Positions 36,086-48,679 of a stretch of 56,645 nucleotides of DNA are shown here, in pieces (the first letter of the stretch is position 1; each line of letters begins with the position of its first letter). Under the pieces are notes generated by a model. It worked only from the letters and a program-made list of their open reading frames with translations. It was not told where the DNA came from and did not search any database. The position numbers were made by a program, and so were the translations under genes. Where the stretch lies: NCBI GenBank assembly GCA_000996035.1, contig LBYH01000003.1, positions 1 through 56,645 on the forward strand, given 5' to 3'. The DNA is from Parcubacteria group bacterium GW2011_GWA2_40_143 (GTDB lineage Bacteria > Patescibacteriota > Minisyncoccia > UBA9983).

Positions 36086-36652
36086 TTATATGTACTTCAG
36101 TTCCTCAAGTCCGGCTTTATACTTTTCTATCGTCGCTTTGGCATCCTCTTTGGAAAGCGTCATTTCTGGCGCGCCGTGAGCGATTCTGTTTCTCACTTTA
36201 TGCGCGTCCCAAACATTTTGCAGATTATCAAAGTCGCTCGGCTCTATAGCTTTTAGCCTGTCTCCCAAACCGTCGCCCCTGTAGCCTATTTTTCTGAAAA
36301 TGCTGTCTAAGAGCGCGTCAGCTTCAAGAATGGCCATTTTCCAATCAACCGAATTATCTGAATTTATTTTGTTTTTAATACTTTCCCATCTGGTCGCGCG
36401 CTCTCTCGGCTCGCCCTCTTCTTTAAGAAAATCTATGAGCGTGTAAACTCCCCTCTTCTCTCTGAGCAGAATTACTTTTCTGGCTATTACGAAAATTGCA
36501 ATGATTAAGATAGTGGAAAATATAATGGAAAATATTATCAGCGCGTCAATATGTTGAAAAAGAAAAATAAAAAATTCAAGCAATTTTTTAAGCAGTTTGA
36601 AAAATTGATTAAAAAGGTATTCTATATTAAGCCATTTTACATCAGGTAACAT
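36086..36652 (-). CDS. membrane-anchored hypothetical protein with C-terminal Rx4H (HEPN-like) motif
   Basis: One TM helix (ALIIFSIIFSTILIIAIFVIA), then a soluble helical domain ending in WDAHKVRNRIAHGAP. Confidence 0.5.
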   Translation of the reverse strand: MLPDVKWLNIEYLFNQFFKLLKKLLEFFIFLFQHIDALIIFSIIFSTILIIAIFVIARKVILLREKRGVYTLIDFLKEEGEPRERATRWESIKNKINSDNSVDWKMAILEADALLDSIFRKIGYRGDGLGDRLKAIEPSDFDNLQNVWDAHKVRNRIAHGAPEMTLSKEDAKATIEKYKAGLEELKYI

Positions 36653-36655
36653 AAA

Positions 36656-38077
36656 TTATTTCTCAAGTTCTTTGCCTATTTTAAATAATATATCTTCTCT
36701 AAACCACGGCGCGGTAAACTGAACACCTATCGGCAAGCCGCCCTCTCCCGCGCCAAAAGGCACCGAGATGGCCGGCAAACCCGCCACTTTGGAAGGCGCG
36801 GTAAATAGGTCTTCAAGATACATGGCAAGCGGATTATCCGACTTCTCTCCTATCTTAAAAGCGGTATTGGCCGTGGCGGGAGAAATAATCGCGTCCACGC
36901 TTTCAAAGGCTTTCTTGAAATCTTGTTTTATAATCTCTCTAGCCTTCTGCGCTTTAAGGTAATAATTATCATAATAACCGGCCGACAGCACGTAAGTGCC
37001 AAGCATAATTCTTCTCTTAACTTCCGCGCCAAAGCCTTTGCCTCTGGTCTTCATGTAATCATCAGTAAGATTTGAGCCTTCGGCATAAAGCCCATATCTG
37101 ACGCCGTCAAATCTGGCAAGATTGGAAGAGACTTCCGCCGGCACCAGCACATAATAGCACGGCACGGAGTAATCTATATTCGGTATCTCAATATCCGTAA
37201 TTTCATGGCCTAGATTTTTTAATTTTTCCGCTGCCGCTTCAACCGTCTTGTTTATTTCATCGCTCACGCCGGTTTTGTTATATTTTAAAATTCCGATTTT
37301 TAATTTTTCCGGCAAAGTGTTTTCTTTCTTTCCCTTTCCTTCGCCCAAGACCGAAGTGGAATCCATTTTGTCGGCACCCTTTATCACGTTAAAAATTATT
37401 TCCGCGTCTTCCACGCTTTTGGCAATAGGTCCTATTTGGTCAAAAGACGAAGCCATGGCAATAAGCCCGTATCTTGATACGGATCCGTAAGTGGGACTTA
37501 CGCCCACCGCTCCGCAAAAGGCGGCCGGCTGTCTTATGGAGCCGCCAGTGTCGGAGCCAAGAGACGCGAGGCACATATCAGCTGCCACAGAAGCCGCGCT
37601 GCCGCCAGACGATCCGCCGGAAACCCTGCTGAGATCGTGAGGATTTTTGGTAACGCCAAAGGCGGAATTCTCCGTGGAAGCACCCATGGCAAATTCGTCC
37701 ATGTTTACTCTGCCGATTATCACCGCGCCGGCATCTTTGAGCTTTTCTATAACGGTAGCATTATAAACGGCTTTGTAATTCTCAAGCATTTTAGAGCCGG
37801 CTGAACATATTTTGCCGCTTATCAAAATATTATCTTTAATGGAAAATGGGATACCGAAAAGCGGCTTATTTTCCATTTCGCCGATTTTTCCGTCCAGCTC
37901 TTTGGCCTGATCAATGACATCTTCAAAAATTTCAAGATAGGCGTTTATGTCGCCGTTTTTATCTTTAATATTTTTGAGATATTCATTCACCAAACCGCTA
38001 ACGGTTAATTCCCCATTGGCAATCATCTCCCGCGCTTGCTTGATTGAGTTTGGCAACATTGATTTAATTTCTGACAT
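36656..38077 (-). CDS. gatA: Asp/Glu-tRNA amidotransferase subunit A
   Basis: Amidase signature GGSSGGSAASVAA, GSDTGGSIRQPA, and 473 aa. Confidence 0.9.
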   Translation of the reverse strand: MSEIKSMLPNSIKQAREMIANGELTVSGLVNEYLKNIKDKNGDINAYLEIFEDVIDQAKELDGKIGEMENKPLFGIPFSIKDNILISGKICSAGSKMLENYKAVYNATVIEKLKDAGAVIIGRVNMDEFAMGASTENSAFGVTKNPHDLSRVSGGSSGGSAASVAADMCLASLGSDTGGSIRQPAAFCGAVGVSPTYGSVSRYGLIAMASSFDQIGPIAKSVEDAEIIFNVIKGADKMDSTSVLGEGKGKKENTLPEKLKIGILKYNKTGVSDEINKTVEAAAEKLKNLGHEITDIEIPNIDYSVPCYYVLVPAEVSSNLARFDGVRYGLYAEGSNLTDDYMKTRGKGFGAEVKRRIMLGTYVLSAGYYDNYYLKAQKAREIIKQDFKKAFESVDAIISPATANTAFKIGEKSDNPLAMYLEDLFTAPSKVAGLPAISVPFGAGEGGLPIGVQFTAPWFREDILFKIGKELEK

Positions 38078-38095
38078 TTTTTAAGTTTGAAAGCT

Positions 38096-38392
38096 TTATT
38101 GAAATACATGCTTTACTTTTATATAACCGTTTTCCGAAGACGGAGCTTCTTCCAAAACTCTTTTTGTATGCAAGGAAGTTTGATGAGGATCAATATCATT
38201 TCTCAAATTGTTTGTGTTTAGAGCGCTTTTATCCACGGCAAATTCTCCAATACCGGAAGAATCAATCTCGCTAAGTTTATCCATGTAACCCAAAATAGCT
38301 TCAAATTCTTTTTGAAACTTATCTTTCTCGTTTTCTTCAATATCTATTCTGGCAAGCTTCGCCACTTTGTTTACGTCTATTTTGTTTGACAT
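38096..38392 (-). CDS. gatC: Asp/Glu-tRNA amidotransferase subunit C
   Basis: 98 aa with VAKLARIDIEENEKDKFQKEFEAILGYMDKLSEID, directly upstream of gatA. Confidence 0.8.
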   Translation of the reverse strand: MSNKIDVNKVAKLARIDIEENEKDKFQKEFEAILGYMDKLSEIDSSGIGEFAVDKSALNTNNLRNDIDPHQTSLHTKRVLEEAPSSENGYIKVKHVFQ

Positions 38393-38433
38393 TTTGACAT
38401 TACTTCTCCCTTTTTAATCTCCATATTCCACCA

Positions 38434-38898
38434 TTAATTACCCAGCGCCTCTCTGACTATTTTGCTTACCAGAGCACCATCGGCCCGGCCTTTCGTCTGA
38501 GAAGTGAGAGCGGACATTACTTTCCCTAAATCGGAAGAAGAAGATGCTCCGACTTCGGCAATAACTTTTTGCGCCAGAGATTTTATTTCTTCTTCGCTCA
38601 TTTGCGCCGGAAGATACTCTTTGAGAACATTAAGCTCCGCTTGTTCGCTTTGCGCCAAATCTTCTCTGCCGCCGGCTTTGTATTGTTCTATGGAGTCCTT
38701 TCTCTTTTTGGCTTCCTTGGAGAGAATATCCATCACCTCGGCATCAGTAAGCGGCGTGTCTACTCCGCCGGCTTTGGCTCTCTTTTCTATTTCAGCGTTG
38801 CCTATGGCCGCATTTACCATCTTAAGCACCGATAATTTTACCCGCTCTTTAGCTTTAAAAGCCTCCTTAAAATCCGTTTTTATTTTTTCTTTTAACAT
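38434..38898 (-). CDS. GatB/YqeY-domain protein
   Basis: MLKEKIKTDFKEAFKAKERVKLSVLKMV...LNVLKEYLP...GKVMSAL is typical of the YqeY family. Confidence 0.8.
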   Translation of the reverse strand: MLKEKIKTDFKEAFKAKERVKLSVLKMVNAAIGNAEIEKRAKAGGVDTPLTDAEVMDILSKEAKKRKDSIEQYKAGGREDLAQSEQAELNVLKEYLPAQMSEEEIKSLAQKVIAEVGASSSSDLGKVMSALTSQTKGRADGALVSKIVREALGN

Positions 38899-38957
38899 AT
38901 TTTTATATTACCACAAGAAGTTTGAATTACGAAATATTTAGCAGACGCGAAAATTTT

Positions 38958-38990
38958 CCCCAATGTCAAGGTTCAACCTTGACATTGGGG
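38958..38990. repeat. palindrome family B copy (CCCCAATGTCAAGGTTcAACCTTGACATTGGGG)
   Basis: 16-bp perfect arms with central C at 38974, 24 nt upstream of the RAYT-2 ATG. Confidence 0.9.
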
Positions 38991-39013
38991 ACTGTTAAAA
39001 ATAAAATAGAATC

Positions 39014-42303
<3,290 letters not shown>

Positions 42304-42306
42304 ATT

Positions 42307-42825
42307 TTATCTACTTGAATCAATTTTCCTCTGAGACACGGATGTCTGCAAATTGAGACTTGATTTTAATTTCTGCTTGGAATCGGTAACACCACCAACA
42401 TAAATGGTTACAAACGGCTGACCGTCGCTTGGACCAGCTCTTCTCACGGTAAAAATAAGACTACTGACATTTACATCTTGGGATGTTATCCGAGAGTTGT
42501 CTCTCATTATGTATTTTTGCTGGTTATCTTCTTTCAGCTCATATGTAACTGATTTATCGTCCACATCAGTAAAACTAAAAACCGAACAAGGCGAAGGAGA
42601 ACAGATATAACCACGACCTTCTCTTATATCTCTTGTCATCATTTCTATCGTAAAAGACATGTTATCGCTCACGTTTCTGAGCGACTCGCTTTTTTTCTGA
42701 ATGTCGGAGATATTTAAAAACGCCCCCATGGAAATCGTCATTACGACGGCGAAAAGACCCAGAGCGACAATAAGCTCTATTAGAGTGAAGCCGGCGTTTG
42801 GATTTTGTTTATTTCTTATCTCCAT
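42307..42825 (-). CDS. type IV pilus minor pilin (PilW/GspJ-like)
   Basis: Class III signal NAGFTLIELIVALGLFAVVM. Confidence 0.65.
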   Translation of the reverse strand: MEIRNKQNPNAGFTLIELIVALGLFAVVMTISMGAFLNISDIQKKSESLRNVSDNMSFTIEMMTRDIREGRGYICSPSPCSVFSFTDVDDKSVTYELKEDNQQKYIMRDNSRITSQDVNVSSLIFTVRRAGPSDGQPFVTIYVGGVTDSKQKLKSSLNLQTSVSQRKIDSSR

Positions 42826-43406
42826 TTATATATATTATTTTGCAATTTTATTTCCCGTGGCCCATATTTGCCTGTCCAAGAAACTTTCACTTCTATCACC
42901 GCTTCATACTCATCGTCGCCATTAAGATTTTTTGATATTTTAACGATCCTTTTAAAACCGGAGTCATTGCCATCTACGTATTGATAACCATTATCATCGC
43001 TACGATTCAGATTAGGACATTCTGAAACACACTCCGTCACGGTATCGTTTGCAGCATCTATGTAACAACTTTTTCCATCGAGACATTCATCAACAAGCCC
43101 GTAAAGCCAGTCCACCGGTTCCGTGGCATCTATATTTTTAAGCAAGTTTGAATCCCTCACGTTTCTCGCGTATTCAAACGGCTCTTGCGCCAACTCAAAG
43201 GCCACCAGCTGATCCTGCGCCACGGAAGCGGCTGAAATATTTTTTATGGCAAAAGTCATCGGCCCGGCTATGGCAGTAGTTAAAATTGCCACCGCTACGA
43301 GCGTTTCCACCAGCGTAAACCCCCGCTTCGCTCCAGCGAAGCTCACACCAACTTTTGATAAAGTAGGTGTGGGGGTGAAGCCTTTTTTGTATTGTTTTCT
43401 AAACAT
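42816..43406 (-). CDS. type IV pilus minor pilin (PilV/GspI-like)
   Basis: KRGFTLVETLVAVAILTTAIAG. Confidence 0.65.
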   Translation of the reverse strand: MFRKQYKKGFTPTPTLSKVGVSFAGAKRGFTLVETLVAVAILTTAIAGPMTFAIKNISAASVAQDQLVAFELAQEPFEYARNVRDSNLLKNIDATEPVDWLYGLVDECLDGKSCYIDAANDTVTECVSECPNLNRSDDNGYQYVDGNDSGFKRIVKISKNLNGDDEYEAVIEVKVSWTGKYGPREIKLQNNIYKWR

Positions 43407-43407
43407 A

Positions 43408-43989
43408 TTATTCTATGGAAATTTGACCATTCAAATAAATTTTTATATCTTTAGAAATTTTATCATTGGGAGCCGCGATGGTAACGATGGCATAATCGTT
43501 ACTGCCACTCCCTGAACTATCTGTAATACTAGCCATCGGATTGCTTCTAGGATATACGATGTTTATCTCTCCAGTATCATTACATCCTGATGAACATAAT
43601 TGCAACCTAGATATGGTATCGCCAGTGGTTATCATAAAAGTATTGATTTCTTCTCCCTCATCATAAAGGTTATTTCTCACTCCCTCTTCTCCTTTGTCGG
43701 CAAAAAGCGTAAAAGTATTTCCTGTTTTAAAATTTATTCCGTAGGCGGGAAACTTTCCGTCAAGTTCTTTGATTGAAAGAGCGTTCACCTGAGCCTCGCG
43801 CACCGCCAAAGCGATATCATTACTCGTCCTTCTTATAGCCATTCGTTGATTGAATTCCGGATAGCTGGCAAAGACCATCATGTTTATTACGGTCAAGATG
43901 GACACAGAAACCATAAGCTCAATCAAACTGAAGCCATTCGCCTTTCGGCTAAAAATAAAATTCAAAAAATCAAACCTAAAAAATTTCAT
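43408..43989 (-). CDS. type IV pilus minor pilin (GspH/FimT-like)
   Basis: ANGFSLIELMVSVSILTV. The start is moved to MKFFRF (43989) so that it no longer overlaps pilD. Confidence 0.6.
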   Translation of the reverse strand: MKFFRFDFLNFIFSRKANGFSLIELMVSVSILTVINMMVFASYPEFNQRMAIRRTSNDIALAVREAQVNALSIKELDGKFPAYGINFKTGNTFTLFADKGEEGVRNNLYDEGEEINTFMITTGDTISRLQLCSSGCNDTGEINIVYPRSNPMASITDSSGSGSNDYAIVTIAAPNDKISKDIKIYLNGQISIE

Positions 43990-44012
43990 TGCTTTTATTA
44001 TATCATTTTTTA

Positions 44013-44810
44013 TCAGAACAAAAAGCTGATCATCTTTTCTCCCCAAAACAAAGAAATAATCGTCCCTAAAACCATAAAAGGCCCGAAAGCGATACTGCTT
44101 TTCAAGCCATATTTATTTTTACTTAGATATAACAGCAAAATACCAACAATCGCTCCAATCCAAAAAGCCAAAGTGATGGCGGCGATGCCGTTAGTTATTC
44201 CAAGAAGCCAGCCGATGCCGAGAGCCAGCTTGGCATCGCCAAAGCCCATCCATCGCCCGCCGGAAAAAAACCAAAGGGAAGCAAAAAAAATGAATAATAT
44301 AAGACCGGCCGATAAACCGCTAAAATTAAAATTTTCAATTATCAATTTCCAATTTTCAAAATTGAATAAAGACAAGAAACTAAGGCCGATAAACGGATAC
44401 ACAAAAATATCGGGAATTATCTGATGACGATAATCATAGACGGCGATAAGAATCAGAAAGGCCGCAACAGCCAAAAGATAAAAGATTTTTGCAAAATTGA
44501 AAATTGAAAATTCATTGAAAACTGGCAATTGAAAATTGAAAATCAAAAGAAAGACCAACCCTGTTAATATTTCCACCGCGGGATATTGCAACGATATTTT
44601 ACTTTTGCATTCGCGGCAACGGCCTTTTTGAATCAAGAAACTGAAGATTGGAACGAGTTCTATCCACTTAAGCTTCTTGCCGCAGGAAAAACATTTAGAG
44701 CCGCCGGAAACAACAGATTCGCCGGTGCCAAGCCGAAGAGTCACCACGTTAAGAAAACTGCCAATAATGGCGCCGAAACAAAAAACAATAAATAACTCTG
44801 GATATAACAT
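44013..44810 (-). CDS. pilD: prepilin peptidase (A24 family)
   Basis: N-terminal Zn-binding CFSCGKKL...CRECKSKIS, the DYRHQIIPD catalytic Asp region, and GFGDAKL. Confidence 0.85.
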   Translation of the reverse strand: MLYPELFIVFCFGAIIGSFLNVVTLRLGTGESVVSGGSKCFSCGKKLKWIELVPIFSFLIQKGRCRECKSKISLQYPAVEILTGLVFLLIFNFQLPVFNEFSIFNFAKIFYLLAVAAFLILIAVYDYRHQIIPDIFVYPFIGLSFLSLFNFENWKLIIENFNFSGLSAGLILFIFFASLWFFSGGRWMGFGDAKLALGIGWLLGITNGIAAITLAFWIGAIVGILLLYLSKNKYGLKSSIAFGPFMVLGTIISLFWGEKMISFLF

Positions 44811-44827
44811 ATTTTTTTATTATAGAA

Positions 44828-44863
44828 GTGCATCGACGGCATCGACGTCGGACTTCGACGCAC
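44828..44863 (+). repeat. hairpin family C copy (with partial internal duplication)
   Basis: GTGCATCGACG-GCATCGACGTCGGACTTCGACGCAC. Confidence 0.8.
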
Positions 44864-44892
44864 ACGCACATTATAAATCAAACTTTTCCACA

Positions 44893-44920
44893 AGTGCATC
44901 GACGTCGGACTTCGACGCAG
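44893..44920 (+). repeat. hairpin family C copy (AGTGCATCGACGTCGGACTTCGACGCAG)
   Basis: 8-bp arms TGCaTCGA / TCGACGCA with loop CGTCGGACT, followed by GTATAAT and the RAYT-3 ATG 16 nt later. Confidence 0.85.
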
Positions 44921-44935
44921 GTATAATGAAACTAT

Positions 44936-45685
44936 ATGAATAGAAAAATCCCTTTTGTCGTTGGTGAATATTATCATACGTACAATAAAACAGTTTTTGG
45001 CATCAACGAATTTAGTGACAGAGATAATGCTTATAAACTAGCCCAAACTTTCTTGCTAGCAAATTCTACAACATCTAGTCAAGCGTTTGATTATCTTAGA
45101 AATGATAGGCATCCTATGCTCAAAAATGCAATTGAAATAAAAAATTCTGGAGAAAAACTGACAGACATCTTGTGTTATGTGATAATGCCAAATCATTACC
45201 ATTTATTATTAAGAGAAATAAAAGAGGGAGGAATAACTGATTTTCTAAGAAGAAGCAGCACATCTATAGCAAAATATATCAATACCAAAAAAGAAAGGCG
45301 CGGCCCATTATTTGAAGGTAATTTTAAATCAAAGCACATAGATTCAAATACTTATCTACTCCACTTGTCATTATACATACACCTTAATCCTTTAGATTTT
45401 ATCACTAACAAAAACTGGCGAGAAAATAAAATGGAAGATTGGGGAAACATCTTTAAAAAACTTACTGATTATCGCTGGTCAAGCTTAAGAAGCTATTTAA
45501 ATGACAATGACACCGCGTCGACGTCGGACTTCGACGCAATAATTTCCGGGGAAAAAATTATAAAGAATCAGTTTAATGATCTTGGCAACGATAATGATTA
45601 TGGTAATTATGGTAATTTTCTTAAGGAATGGGCGACTGGCTTAGGTGAAACAAATAACGATAATATTGAAAAATTCGCATTTTGA
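44936..45685 (+). CDS. HUH-Y1 transposase-like protein (RAYT / IS200-like, COG1943-type), copy 3
   Basis: EYYHTYNK, HUH motif MPNHYHLLL, and Tyr motif LYIHLNPLDF. It contains an in-frame family C hairpin (TASTSDFDA). Confidence 0.7.
   Translation: MNRKIPFVVGEYYHTYNKTVFGINEFSDRDNAYKLAQTFLLANSTTSSQAFDYLRNDRHPMLKNAIEIKNSGEKLTDILCYVIMPNHYHLLLREIKEGGITDFLRRSSTSIAKYINTKKERRGPLFEGNFKSKHIDSNTYLLHLSLYIHLNPLDFITNKNWRENKMEDWGNIFKKLTDYRWSSLRSYLNDNDTASTSDFDAIISGEKIIKNQFNDLGNDNDYGNYGNFLKEWATGLGETNNDNIEKFAF
45514..45538 (+). repeat. hairpin family C copy inside the RAYT-3 coding sequence
   Basis: CGCGTCGACGTCGGACTTCGACGCA is translated as TASTSDFDA, at a position where copies 1 and 2 have no corresponding residues. 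Confidence 0.85.
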
Positions 45686-45694
45686 TTGATTGAA

Positions 45695-45723
45695 AGTGCG
45701 TCGACGTCGGACTTCGACGCAGG
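45695..45723 (+). repeat. hairpin family C copy downstream of RAYT-3
   Basis: AGTGCGTCGACGTCGGACTTCGACGCAGG. With its flanks it forms a ~32-bp direct repeat, with one mismatch, of 44892-44923. Confidence 0.85.
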
Positions 45724-45727
45724 TAGT

Positions 45728-45781
45728 GCAAAGAAACACAAAACACCCCGCTTTGGGCTGGGTGTTTTGTCGCTTCTTTGC
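45728..45781. terminator. long imperfect hairpin between convergent RAYT-3 and pilA
   Basis: GCAAAGAAACACAAAACACCCC pairs with GGGTGTTTTGTCGCTTCTTTGC. No clear U tract on either strand. Confidence 0.45.
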
Positions 45782-45794
45782 GTTTCCGGCGAGA

Positions 45795-46265
45795 TTACGG
45801 TTTTACGTCGTAGATTGCATCAGTCGTAACGCTGGTGAAATCAGCAGCGCTACCGGCTCCATTCGGACATCCTGTACCGGCTGTACCGGCCACGGCATCA
45901 ACATCTGTCTGCAACGCTGCGTGGTTTGCATCCTCCAAAGTAGCCCCTAAGTGATAGCTGGTGCATCCGGCATTTAAGGCGGCGTATTGATACGCTCCTC
46001 CTCCAACAGGATCGGTAGGAATAACCGAGATATAGCCTGGTGTTACAAGATTGGCAGCAGTAAGCGCGGACGGATACCCTCTCTTGGCATCAAAATAAAG
46101 CTCCAAAGCTATCTGTAATTGCTTAATGTCTGAAACCCTTCTGGCGTCTCGTGATTTTGTTCTGGCGCTGTTGAGCGAAGCCAAAACAACTGAAGACAAA
46201 ATACCGATAATGGCGATAACAACAAGCAACTCAATCAAGGTAAAACCTCTTTTCTTATTTTGCAT
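45795..46265 (-). CDS. pilA: type IV major pilin
   Basis: KRGFTLIELLVVIAIIGILSSVVLASLNSAR is the class III signal plus the conserved N-terminal helix. Confidence 0.85.
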   Translation of the reverse strand: MQNKKRGFTLIELLVVIAIIGILSSVVLASLNSARTKSRDARRVSDIKQLQIALELYFDAKRGYPSALTAANLVTPGYISVIPTDPVGGGAYQYAALNAGCTSYHLGATLEDANHAALQTDVDAVAGTAGTGCPNGAGSAADFTSVTTDAIYDVKP

Positions 46266-46389
46266 TTTTTTTAAAACTAAAATTTATTAATTTTTTAAAC
46301 ATCGACCGTTTTTAATGTCTTATAGCTATATAATACTACAGATATTATTTTAAGCAAAAAACACTGTGGATAACCCCCGCATCTTTATT

Positions 46390-47598
46390 TTAAATACCGG
46401 CCGTAATATTATATATCGGCCCGAGGATTGAAACGAGCAACAAGCCGACAGAACCGCCAAGCACCACGATCATTACCGGTTCTATAAGACCGACGAGAGT
46501 TTCCACCACATTATCCACTTCTCTTTTGTAGAATTTACCTAGAGTTTTGAGCATAAAAGCCAGCTTTCCCGTTTTTTCACCCGTGCGAATCATCTGCACC
46601 ACAAGGAGAGAAATTTCGTCATATTTATCCAAAGCATCAGAGATGGGGCTTCCGCCCTTCACTTTCTCCGCCGCGTCAAAAAGAATTTTTTCATAAATTT
46701 TATTCCCCACCACGTCAGCGGAAATCTCAAGTGCCTTAACGGCCGATACGCCGCTAGACAAAAGCGTTTCCATGTTATCCGTAATTCTGGCGAGGTAAAA
46801 CTTTTTGTACAAATCACCTATAAAAGGAACGCCGAGCTGGAAGCTTGAAAAACTTATCCTGCCGGATTCCGTTTTAATATATCGCCACAGAAAGACAAAG
46901 CCTACCGCTAAAGCGATTAGGAAAAACACGCCGAAATCTTTAAACACGTTACTCACGCCTATTACGATTTTAGTGTAAAACGGAATATCTTGCCCCACTT
47001 CGGTAAGAATAGCCGTAAGCTTGGGAATCACAAAGGTAAGCATCAAGAACATTACGGCAAAGAAAGCGCCTACCACGAATATAGGATAAACCAAAGCGTT
47101 TTTAGCTTTGCTGACAAGCTCGTATGATCTCTCAAGGTGATCGGCCAAAGATTCAAAAATCTCTTCCAACTTGCCGGATTCTTCGCCGGATCTGACCATA
47201 TTTACGTAAAATTTGGAAAAGACATCCGGATGTTTGCTCATGGCGACGGAAAACGTATTGCCGCCTCTTATGTCTTCCACCACTTCAGAAAGACTTGTCT
47301 TCAATTTGGCATTTTTGGTCTGAGAAGAAAGAAGCTGAAACGATTCAAGAATGGAAACTTTCGCCTCAAAGAGCGTGGCCAATTGACGAGAAAGGATGAC
47401 GATATCCTTGGTTCTTACCCTATTAAAGAAAGAAAACCACGAACTGGTAAAAGCCGTTTTCCCTTCGGCCGGTTTTATGGACGTGATGATTAGACCTCTG
47501 TTTTGGAGAGAGTTTATGGCGATACCCATATTGGCCGCTTCTATGGAGCCGGATTGGGACTCGCCCTGCATCGTGGAAGCTATGTAATTATATAACAT
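46390..47598 (-). CDS. pilC: type IV pilus platform protein (GspF family)
   Basis: Two GspF repeats (FSRQLATLFEAKVSILESF and LARITDNMETLLSSGVSAVKAL) and 3 TM segments. Confidence 0.9.
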   Translation of the reverse strand: MLYNYIASTMQGESQSGSIEAANMGIAINSLQNRGLIITSIKPAEGKTAFTSSWFSFFNRVRTKDIVILSRQLATLFEAKVSILESFQLLSSQTKNAKLKTSLSEVVEDIRGGNTFSVAMSKHPDVFSKFYVNMVRSGEESGKLEEIFESLADHLERSYELVSKAKNALVYPIFVVGAFFAVMFLMLTFVIPKLTAILTEVGQDIPFYTKIVIGVSNVFKDFGVFFLIALAVGFVFLWRYIKTESGRISFSSFQLGVPFIGDLYKKFYLARITDNMETLLSSGVSAVKALEISADVVGNKIYEKILFDAAEKVKGGSPISDALDKYDEISLLVVQMIRTGEKTGKLAFMLKTLGKFYKREVDNVVETLVGLIEPVMIVVLGGSVGLLLVSILGPIYNITAGI

Positions 47599-47604
47599 AT
47601 TATT

Positions 47605-48669
47605 TTATATAAGCGCCTCAAGACCCATGGGATTAAGGGATTGATTAAGGGCGTCTTTCATATTTATTTCTCCGGCGCGCACAAGCTCCGCCAAAGACCT
47701 GTTTAAACTTATCATCCCTTGCTCGTAGCCGGTTTCTATCACCATATCAAGTTCGTGAGTCCGTCCTTCTCTTATAAGTGTTCTCACTGCCGAATTATTT
47801 AGCATCAGTTCGTAAGCGGGTATCCGGCCGCCGGAGACTCTGGACACAAGACGCTGCGAGAATACGCCGAGCAGCACGCTGGCAAGCTGGGCTCTTATCT
47901 GATTTTGCTGATTAGGAGGGAAAGAATCTATGATACGATCTATGGTTTGAGCGGCATTGTTTGTATGGAGAGTGGAAAAAATCAAATGACCGGTCTCGGC
48001 AGCCGTAACGGCGGTGGAGATTGTTTCAACGTCTCGCATCTCGCCTATGAGCGCCACGTTTATATCTTGCCTGAACATAGAACGCATAGCTGAACCGAAG
48101 CTCATGGTGTCGTATCTTACTTCTCTCTGATCCACGATGGATTTGTCTTGGGTGAAAATATATTCAACAGGATCTTCTACGGTAATGATATGCTTGGATT
48201 TTGTTCTGTTTATATGATCTATCATTGAGGCCAAGGTTGTGGACTTGCCGTGACCGATAGGCCCCACTACCAAAAAGAAACCTTGTTTTCTGTCAGCAAA
48301 CTCAGTAAGTATTTCCGGCAAATTAAGCTCTTTAAGAGTCTTTATACTGGTGGGAATGTTTCTTAAGGCCGCACCGAGAAATCCTTTTTGATAAAAGGCG
48401 TTTACCCTGAATCTTGTTTTGTCTTCATGAGCGTAAGACAAGTCTATTTCTTTATTTTCTTTTAGACTTTTTTCTTCATCATCATTTAAAAATGTTTTTA
48501 TCAAGCCTTCCGTATCAGACGGAGTGAGAACCGGCTCGTTTACGAGCGGGATGAGTTCACCGGATATTCTTATTGTGGGATGTCTGCCCACGGTAAGATG
48601 AAGGTCTGAAGCGCCTTCTTTGATAGTCGTCAAAATCAACTCTTTTAATTTTTTGGAATAATCGGTCAT
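47605..48669 (-). CDS. pilT: twitching motility (retraction) ATPase
   Basis: ASDLHL, Walker A GPIGHGKSTT, EDPVEY, and GHLIFSTLHTN. 354 aa. Confidence 0.9.
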   Translation of the reverse strand: MTDYSKKLKELILTTIKEGASDLHLTVGRHPTIRISGELIPLVNEPVLTPSDTEGLIKTFLNDDEEKSLKENKEIDLSYAHEDKTRFRVNAFYQKGFLGAALRNIPTSIKTLKELNLPEILTEFADRKQGFFLVVGPIGHGKSTTLASMIDHINRTKSKHIITVEDPVEYIFTQDKSIVDQREVRYDTMSFGSAMRSMFRQDINVALIGEMRDVETISTAVTAAETGHLIFSTLHTNNAAQTIDRIIDSFPPNQQNQIRAQLASVLLGVFSQRLVSRVSGGRIPAYELMLNNSAVRTLIREGRTHELDMVIETGYEQGMISLNRSLAELVRAGEINMKDALNQSLNPMGLEALI

Positions 48670-48679
48670 TTGTTTTAAA

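Noticed and set aside
35666-36249. ORFs 35666-35881 (-) and 36046-36249 (+)
   Set aside because: They overlap tRNA-fMet and tRNA-Asp respectively, and the first also covers the structured spacer. The tRNA cloverleaves explain the sequence.
44495-44543. Exact 17-bp direct repeat AATTGAAAATTGAAAAT (44495-44511 and 44527-44543) inside pilD
   Set aside because: It lies within the pilD ORF and encodes repeated FNF/IFNF hydrophobic-loop residues. This is low-complexity AT-rich coding sequence with no flanking element features.
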